In this document: piece by piece, positions 57,236 through 64,000 of the stretch
Layout: each line of letters begins with the position of its first letter
How positions within the stretch are numbered: position 1 is the first letter of the stretch
Assembly: GCA_963693365.1 (NCBI GenBank)
Contig: CAVNZM010000005.1
Coordinates: forward strand, 8,285,834-8,349,833
Source: Amoebidium appalachense
Lineage: Eukaryota; Protista; Ichthyosporea
Reading direction: 5' to 3'
Length of the DNA stretch: 64,000 nt
The notes under the pieces: generated by a model
Database searches by the model: none
Seen by the model: only the letters and a program-made list of their open reading frames with translations
What the model was told of the DNA's origin: nothing
Program-made: the position numbers and the translations under genes

Positions 57236-57831
57236 ACGTGTGTGTGTGTGTGATATGCTTGCGTGCGTGCGTGCTGTGTGTGCACATGTGCTCGCGGTGT
57301 GTGTGTGGCCTTTCCACGCATGGTGTCTACATGTGAACAGACAGTGCTCGTGTGCTTGCGGCTCACTTGATTATATAGAGCTTGGTTGTGGTGACTAAAG
57401 CAAACACAACGTAACGTGCACAGCAGTTACGATTGTCTCTTTCTTTTTTCTTTTTCTTTTTCTTTTTCTTTTTATATTAAAGCGCTAGCCTAGCCTCAGT
57501 ACTCTACTACTGTAGCTAACTATGCCTCGGCAATGTTTATACTACCATATATATGGACATGAATAAAATACTGTATTGTTATTGGTTCACTGTGCAATCC
57601 CTGAAACCCAATTATCAATCCAAATTTACTACTTATTATGGTTAATATATCATGCTTTACCCTGACCCGGCGGGAACTGACCGGGTCAGAGCCATCGGTC
57701 GGGCTGGGTACGGGTCTGACCCGCCGGGTCATAAAGCCGACCGGGTTTGAGCAAAAATGCCCCGGGTCGGGGTTGGGTAACGCCGACCCGGCCGGGTTGG
57801 TTCTCGGGTCGACCCAACCCGACACATCCCT
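56981..57831. mobile_element. hAT-like non-autonomous element with 13-bp TIRs and ACCCG/CGGGT subterminal repeats
   Basis: AGGGATGTGTCGG (56982-56994) and CCGACACATCCCT (57819-57831) are exact inverted repeats, with a CAGGG left end. There are many ACCCG/CGGGTC motifs near both ends, and also at 56760-56815. No 8-bp TSD is visible. Confidence 0.6.
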
Positions 57832-58599
57832 TGATTATGCTGGCGGTGGTAGGAAGGAATATCCCGATGCTCTCTTGTTACCAAACACCACTCCCGCTAG
57901 ACTAGGTGAACCCCTGTCTCAAAAGGAAAGCTTGCGCCGGCTTGCTAGTATGAATCGATTTGGCCCCCCTGCTCGTATTATTGGTGATACCACTGGAGAC
58001 CCCCTCATAGACTCTGATAAGTATTTCTCGGAACTGTTTAAAGATAGGACCCCCGCTCAGAAACCTATTGTATGGCTTGTGTCACTATATAAGATGATCA
58101 TTCCAATCCTAAATACAGAAATCCGGAATTTCATAAAATCGTCAATTTTGGAATTTTAGCAGATCATAATTTGAATTTATGAAATTTATAAAAAATTTAA
58201 GGTAATGAAGGAAAAGTTCTATGACCATAGTTTTCTAAACATAAGGAAGTATGGTTAAAAGAGTAGGTGTTAGTATTCTACGAGTTTGTTGTATCAGGAT
58301 GATAAGAACATAAGATACTCTAGCTGGCTTTTAACTTTAGAGAGCCTATTTTCTTAGCTATTACCAAAGAATAAAGGTATAAAAATGGTGTTTATTAAAG
58401 CAAGTGCAGTTGGAGGATTATTATGAATAACTTTTTTCATACCAATTTTAATTGGATCAGGAGTTTTAGGTATAGTGTTACTAAATCATATCAAATTAGG
58501 AGTACCAGGTACGATACTCAGAGACTATCTTATGTATAACGGTATTTGGACAGTTATCTCTCTCGATTGTTATATACATTTATAAGCAATTGATTTATT

Positions 58600-58940
58600 T
58601 TAGTTATATAAAATCCATGGTCATTTTCGCCTTTTAACAGTATTAGTAATTATATTGAATACTGTATATTAATTTTCTAATTATAAATTTTAAGATCTAA
58701 TGATGATTATCAGTTAGTTCCGAGGAGGTGTTCCTTGGATTATTTAATAAAGAATTTTATTAGCAGAAGGAATGATTTTTTAGTGTATCAGAAGCTTTGC
58801 TATTATTAGCATTCTTCTAATTTTACTTCCATAGCAGCTTTTCACCTTCTATTGATTTAGGATTTCGTATCTCGAATTACTATATTCTATTGAAATTGAT
58901 GTATTAAAATTAAATACCTCTTTTAAATACTGCTATTCTT
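58600..58940 (+). pseudogene. cox3: cox3 fragment (mitochondrial origin)
   Basis: ...GMIF..VSEALLLLAFF*FYFHSSFSPSIDLG...IPLLNTAIL matches the cox3 SE..F..FFW.FFHSSL.P..ELG...PLLNT.IL motifs. Confidence 0.8.
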
Positions 58941-59265
58941 AACTCCATCTTCACTTCTATTATTGTCCTGGGTCTTAGTAAAATAAGGTGTGGCAATTGG
59001 GATAACACAACTAGTTCATTATTAATTTTTCTATATGCTGAGATAACCTATAAATTTAAGAACTCTTTAACAGAGATAATCTTAAATATACAACAGCTCT
59101 TAACATAGAGAGAGCCCTCTATATAGAGAACTCTTTATACAGAAAGCAAATCAATCAGCAGGAAACCCAATCTTACATGTGTAACAAAGTTGGACCCTCC
59201 GAGACTATACACAAACTAAAACGTTTCATTACGCAATAGAATCGTATTTAAGAGATAGTCCGCTT
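58941..59265 (+). pseudogene. Short cox1-like fragment followed by a group I intron core (copy 1)
   Basis: PSSLLLLS..LVK*GVAIGIT resembles cox1 PSLLLLLSS.LVE.G.GTGWT. It is followed by P CTATATGCTG (59031), Q AATCAGCAGG (59153), R CCGAGACTATAC (59199) and S AAGAGATAGTCCG (59250). Confidence 0.7.
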
Positions 59266-59429
59266 TAAAATGGGAAAATAGCTCAAAGATTTTAGATCTT
59301 ACTAGTATGTACACAAAGCTACTTCCTGAAGTCTATTTATTTAACAGTATAAAAAGTAAGCTTTTTTATGACGTACGATGAGTAGGTTGTGGGATGAGCT
59401 TTATTGAATAGGAGAAATATCTTGATTTA

Positions 59430-59880
59430 TTTATTGAATTAGGATTTAGTGTCTCGAGTTATTACATCCAGATTTTTTTCATTCAATTGAGGTATTAAGG
59501 CTATTAAATATCTCTTTTAATTCCATTTTTTTATTAGTGTCCTTGATACTAGCCGAATAAGGTGTAAAAATGGGCGATTAACACTAATGATCCACCATAA
59601 ACTTCGCTACATACTGAACGCACCTAAATTTAAGTACTCCCTGAGAGTGACAATCTTAAATATATATATAATAGCTCTTTACACAAAGAACAGGCTGACC
59701 AGTAGGAAATCAAATTTTATATGTGAGATAATTAAATCTTACATGTGATATAATTAAATCTTTAAATTTAAATTACTTGTAGGATCCTTAGAGACTATAC
59801 GTGGAGCTTCTGTTCCTTCTTATGTAATTTAGTATGAAAATAACAATATATAAATTAAGCATTAAAAAGATATATCGTAT
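59430..59880 (+). pseudogene. Diverged second copy of the cox3-end/cox1-like/group I intron unit
   Basis: ATTGAATTAGGATTT..TCTCGAGTTA...CTCTTTTAA...AATAAGGTGT, then CTACATACTG (59607), GACCAGTAGGAAA (59697), TTAGAGACTATACG (59788) and AAAGATATA (~59866), parallel to copy 1. Confidence 0.65.
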
Positions 59881-60029
59881 CAACTAGGATAATCGGCAGT
59901 AAAATTTTATACAAGATTGTTATATATTAATGAGTAAAATAATCTTGGAGAACAAGTACATACTTCTTTTTCATCTACCTTATTATTAATTGCATTTATA
60001 GTAGTTCAGAACTTAATAAGACTGATCTT

Positions 60030-60370
60030 TTATGGTTTAGTGCTACAGCTCTCATTAGTGTTACTTTAGCCTTATCATTTGGAATTTGATTGGAAGTTAC
60101 TTTATATGGATTCATTCCACGATGAGCTCCAACGACTCGAGTTTCTTTTTACGCTTAATCGAGTTAATAAGTTATTCAGTTAGAGCACCCTCATTAGATG
60201 TTAGTCTTGCTGCCACTCTTTTAGCACGTTATTTTACTTGGGTTTACTTTAATACCGGTATTAGCTAAAGGAGTCTTATCTTTAATTATTATCTATATTA
60301 TTTATCTTTACTAGGTCAGAATTTAAATTAGCGGTTGCTGTTACTCAAGTTTATGCTTTTATACTATTTA
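60030..60370 (+). pseudogene. atp6: atp6 fragment (mitochondrial origin)
   Basis: FSATA..SVTLALSFG; LIELISYSVRAPSLDVSLAATLLA (atp6 IE.ISY..R..SLGVRL.AN..AG); KLAVAVTQVYAFILF (atp6 LE.AVA.IQAYVF..L). Confidence 0.8.
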
Positions 60371-61417
60371 TTTTTATTTAATATCTTTTATCTTGAGAGT
60401 GGTCCCATGGTTATCGTAGGTTTCCTAATTTTCAAATATCAATTATTGGAGTTGTGAGATCTTGATTTATCTTATTATTATCGCGGGCATTGTAAATTTA
60501 AAGGGCTAATTGTTTGAGTTGTAAGATTTTAACAAGGCTCATGGTCCGGTTTTGTTAAACTCTGAGAACTTATCAAAGCGAATGCTAATAACTACTAACT
60601 TATTAAAGTTAATTTATGTGTCATTATTAATGGTGTTGATATATTTATGTACGTATACTCCATTAGTGAGTCGAAACTTGTGAATTTTATTCCAGGATCC
60701 AACAAAGGTAATTTAAATGGTATTACTCCAAGAGATTTAAAGTTATTAATTAGAACTATTGGGTTTATAATTTTACGTTTCACGTCTACACGTAAGGTAT
60801 AAAAACTAGACTCCTAGGTGTTTTGTTTCTTAGAGATAAGATTATTCAAAAATAATGAAACTTATGTTTAAACCTCTATTTAAGCTTGGATTTTTATCCC
60901 AGCTTCATAGTTTTTGCCCCCAGGAGAAACTATTATACTGTGTTGAAAAGCTAATTCGGTGTACACTAAATTAATTAGAGCAATTATTCAGATTGATTTT
61001 AAAAATGTTAAGCGTACCCCCCCCCAAGAACTGAAATATATACCAAAGATAGCACAAGTAATTTAGCTACTCACCCCAACTTTTAAAGGATGCAATTTGT
61101 AATACATGCAGATGCCCTTTTTATTAATATCATAGATTCTAAAGACGATACTTTAGCTATTAGAGAAGCTTTTAAACTAGTTTGGCTAAAGATTTTTAAG
61201 CTTACATTATCAGATGAGAAGACTCTTAATATCTCTACTAGGAATTAAATAACGATGGTCCTTAAAGCTAGAGTAAAATTATACCATATAAGAAGCGAAA
61301 TATCCAAGCAGTCTACATTAAGAGAAAATGTGAAGTAACAAGTTTAACAAAATACCCATAACTGTAGGCTCCCATTATCAAGCTCGTGGTGAAATTTCTG
61401 GAGAAGGAGTCTTATTT

Positions 61418-61866
61418 TCGTAGGAAAGGTCCAAACTCGCTTAAGAAAGATCTTGCGCACCTAGGGAAAATTCTGCATACTTAGGAAAAGTCATGCGCAT
61501 TTAAGAAAGGTCCAACTTTAGTAGGAAGAGTCCAACTAGCTTAAGAGAGATCATGTGCACTTAAGAAAGATTCTGCACATTTAGTAAAGATCATATGCAC
61601 TTAAGAAAGGTTTTGCGCCCCTAGGAGAGATTCTGCGCACTTAGGAAAGGTCCAACGTTTGTAGGAAGAGTTCAACTAGCCTAGGGAAAAATACTGCACA
61701 CTTAGGAGAGATTCTGTGCACTTAGGAGAGTTCTACCTTTAGTAGTAAGGGTCCAACTTTCGTAGGAAGGGTCCAACTAGCTTAGGAGAAATCCTGCGCA
61801 CTTAAGAAAGATTCTGCGCATTTAGGAAAGATCCAACTTTCGTAGGAAGGGTCCAACTAACTTAGG
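61418..61866 (+). repeat. Composite short-unit tandem array (~20-bp units)
   Basis: Interleaved CTTA(A/G)GA(A/G)AGATTCTGCGCA and GTCCAACTTTCGTAGGAAG(G/A)GTCCAACTAG units. Confidence 0.85.
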
Positions 61867-61974
61867 TGAAAAGCATTACACACAGGTACACAGTACCAAG
61901 CTAGTTTAAGTTAACAAGCTTTCATCTCGTAGCATAAATACTATCTATTAAATTACAAAACAGCATTATGAGTC

Positions 61975-62740
61975 CCAACGAGTTGCGAGGACTAATACGA
62001 GCTTGTCGTCGTATAATGACAAAAGCATAAGACTCTTCTCTTAGCAAGAAAGTTCTACTGAGACCTAACACAAGAAGGTCATACCAAGGCATGATGACCA
62101 ACCCAATAGGTTCGCATCAACGATTAACCCAATACGTTCGCACCAACGAGCAACCCAATACGTTCACACCAACGACCAATCCAATACGTTCTATGAAGAG
62201 AGAGCTCACCATAAGACATCTGCGAGTTGCGAGTTCATGACGAGTTGTGAGTTTATGACGAATTTATAATCCGGAGATTACCAAAACCATAAGAGAGTCT
62301 ATTAGCGATAAGGCTCAAGAGAGGTTCTTGAGATCCTCATATTCGAAAAGCCTAAGAATGTTTCTTAGTGAGAAGGCTCTTTAGAGACTCTTATAATCAC
62401 AAGATTATCAATTCACCTGGGATGAGTAGAAGAACTTGCGAATTGCGAGTCCTAGACGAGCTTGTCGTCGTATGATGATAAGAGCATAAAACTTTTCTTT
62501 TAGCGAGAAGGCTCTTTAGAAACTCTTGTAATACAGGAATTCAAAAGCATAAGAAAGATTCTTAGCGAGAAGGCTCTTCAGAGACTCTCGTGCTGTTAAA
62601 GTAAAAATAACTTTACTAGTACTAAACGATTTGTAAGTGCTCAACTAGTTGTTAGTACTAGACGAGTTACAAGTTCGTACTAGAGTCTTGTAATACGAGC
62701 TTGTCGTCGTATGATGACAAGAGCATAAGACTTTTCTAGC
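61975..62740 (+). repeat. Interspersed direct repeats
   Basis: ACGAGCTTGTCGTCGTAT(G/A)ATGA.AA.AGCATAA three times (~61997, 62456, 62695); ACCCAATACGTTC.CACCAACGA about four times (62101-62191); TTAG(C/T)GAGAAGGCTC about five times. Confidence 0.8.
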
Positions 62741-63314
62741 CCCTTACCTTTCATAACATCAAACCTTTAATCCCTCGTCTATGCTAGCATTTTATCTTTC
62801 ATAACATCTTATTACTATCAATACTCTAATCCTCCGTTAAACATTCTTCAATCAACTAATTCTCTTCCTCTGTTAATCCTCATTGATTTATTAATTATAC
62901 TCCTCCGTCTATCTTCATCGAGTCCTAATCCTCCGTTTATTGTTCCTCGATCTACTAGTCCTCTTCTTCTGTTCTGTAAATCATTATCGATTACTACTTA
63001 TCCGTAAATATTCCTCAATCAACTAGTTCTCTTTATACACCAATGTGCACTTTTGAGATTTTGTATATATTTTAAAGTCTATAATAAAAGAAAAATTTTA
63101 GAAGCTTAAGTAAATACTTACAGGGTTCTTGTATAAATTTACCTAATTTTCAGGATAGGACTAGTATCTTTCTTACCAATTTTAGTCCTATTATTAACCA
63201 TATTATATGGAGATTTTAATAGATTAGACCCCTAAATATTTACATAGAATTAGGTATTATATTTTTACGTGGAAAAATTAATGGGGGTTTGCTAATATTA
63301 TTTACTTTGATACA

Positions 63315-64000
63315 TTTAATTAGTGAGGAAATCTAATAGATTAGCTCTTAAGAATCTTAATGATGGTCCCATATTGTAGAGGTACCTTTTGCTAAGAAGG
63401 GTTTTATTGGTGGATTTAAAAAATTTGTGAGGGGTTTTAACTGATTAGGAAATAAAAATTTAAGTAATTGAGTTAATAATTTACATGAAATTCTGTGTAA
63501 AATTAGCATGATTTTTAAGATAAAATTAATGTCTCTCATCTAGATTATCTTATAACATTTAATAAGATTAGTGAGGAAATTCAATAAGTTAGCTCTTAAG
63601 AATCTTAATAATAGTCCCATATTGTAGAGGTACCTTTTGATAGGAAGGGTTTTATTGGTGCATTTTTAAACTTTGTGAGGAATTTAACTGATTAGAGAAT
63701 AAAAATCTTCGTGCTTGAGTTAATAATTTACGATAAAATTATATGTAAAATTAGCCTCATTTTTATGTTAAAATTAGTGTCTCTCGTCTAGATTTTATTA
63801 TAACTCATAATGAAATTAGTGAGTAAATTCAATAGATTAGCTCTTAAGGGTCTTAATGATGGTCCCATATTGTAGGGACACGGTTTAAAGAAGGTGATTT
63901 TATTGGTACATTTAAAAAATTTGTGAGGGTTTTCAACTGTTTAGGGGATAAAAATTTTGTTACATTAACTCTATTTTTAAGATGAATTTACAAAAATCAC
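63315..64000 (+). repeat. AT-rich 248-bp satellite, at least 2.7 diverged copies, running off the window end
   Basis: TAGTGAG.AAAT..AATA..TTAGCTCTTAAG..TCTTAAT.AT.GTCCCATATTGTAG starts at 63321, 63569 and 63817 (period 248). Confidence 0.9.

Larger units (their letters stand above)
58380..60380 (+). other. Decayed mitochondrial-derived insertion (NUMT): mosaic of cox1, cox3, group I intron and atp6 fragments
   Basis: Sharp AT-rich shift with no microsatellites. It carries recognisable but stop- and frameshift-ridden mitochondrial protein motifs and group I P/Q/R/S elements (see sub-features). The true limits may extend further. Confidence 0.8.

Noticed and set aside
57638-58159. 173-aa ORF as one gene
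   Set aside because: Its first ~65 codons lie in the MITE's subterminal repeats and TIR, so it is a chance read-through.
58380-60380. Functional mitochondrial genes or an active self-splicing intron
   Set aside because: There are many TAA stops, frameshifts and truncations even with TGA read as Trp, and no intact exon context.
61418-62740. CRISPR-like repeat-spacer pattern
   Set aside because: The repeats are degenerate with irregular spacing, and the intervening sequences are themselves repeats.

Overview
This is eukaryotic nuclear DNA with many introns full of (CA)n/(GT)n, (CT)n and poly-G/poly-C runs. Almost all ORFs in the supplied track are artefacts of these repeats. By joining exons by hand at GT/GC-AG sites I rebuilt three frame-consistent genes. 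(1) A + strand, 23-exon, ~937-aa protein with six tandem 3-ankyrin modules, a degenerate TKL/Raf-like kinase domain and a C-terminal basic patch plus CaaX box (CVVM). (2) A - strand, 14-exon, ~545-aa glucose-6-phosphate dehydrogenase. (3) A + strand, 27-exon, ~844-aa CAMK-type Ser/Thr kinase fused to a START-like lipid-binding domain. After ~54.7 kb come a 174-bp near-perfect hairpin, a broken IS630/Tc1-type transposase and a hAT-like MITE. The window then switches abruptly to an AT-rich block: a decayed mitochondrial mosaic (cox1/cox3/atp6 pieces, duplicated group I intron cores), short-unit repeats and a 248-bp satellite. An intron-rich protist such as an ichthyosporean would fit, but that is inference only.
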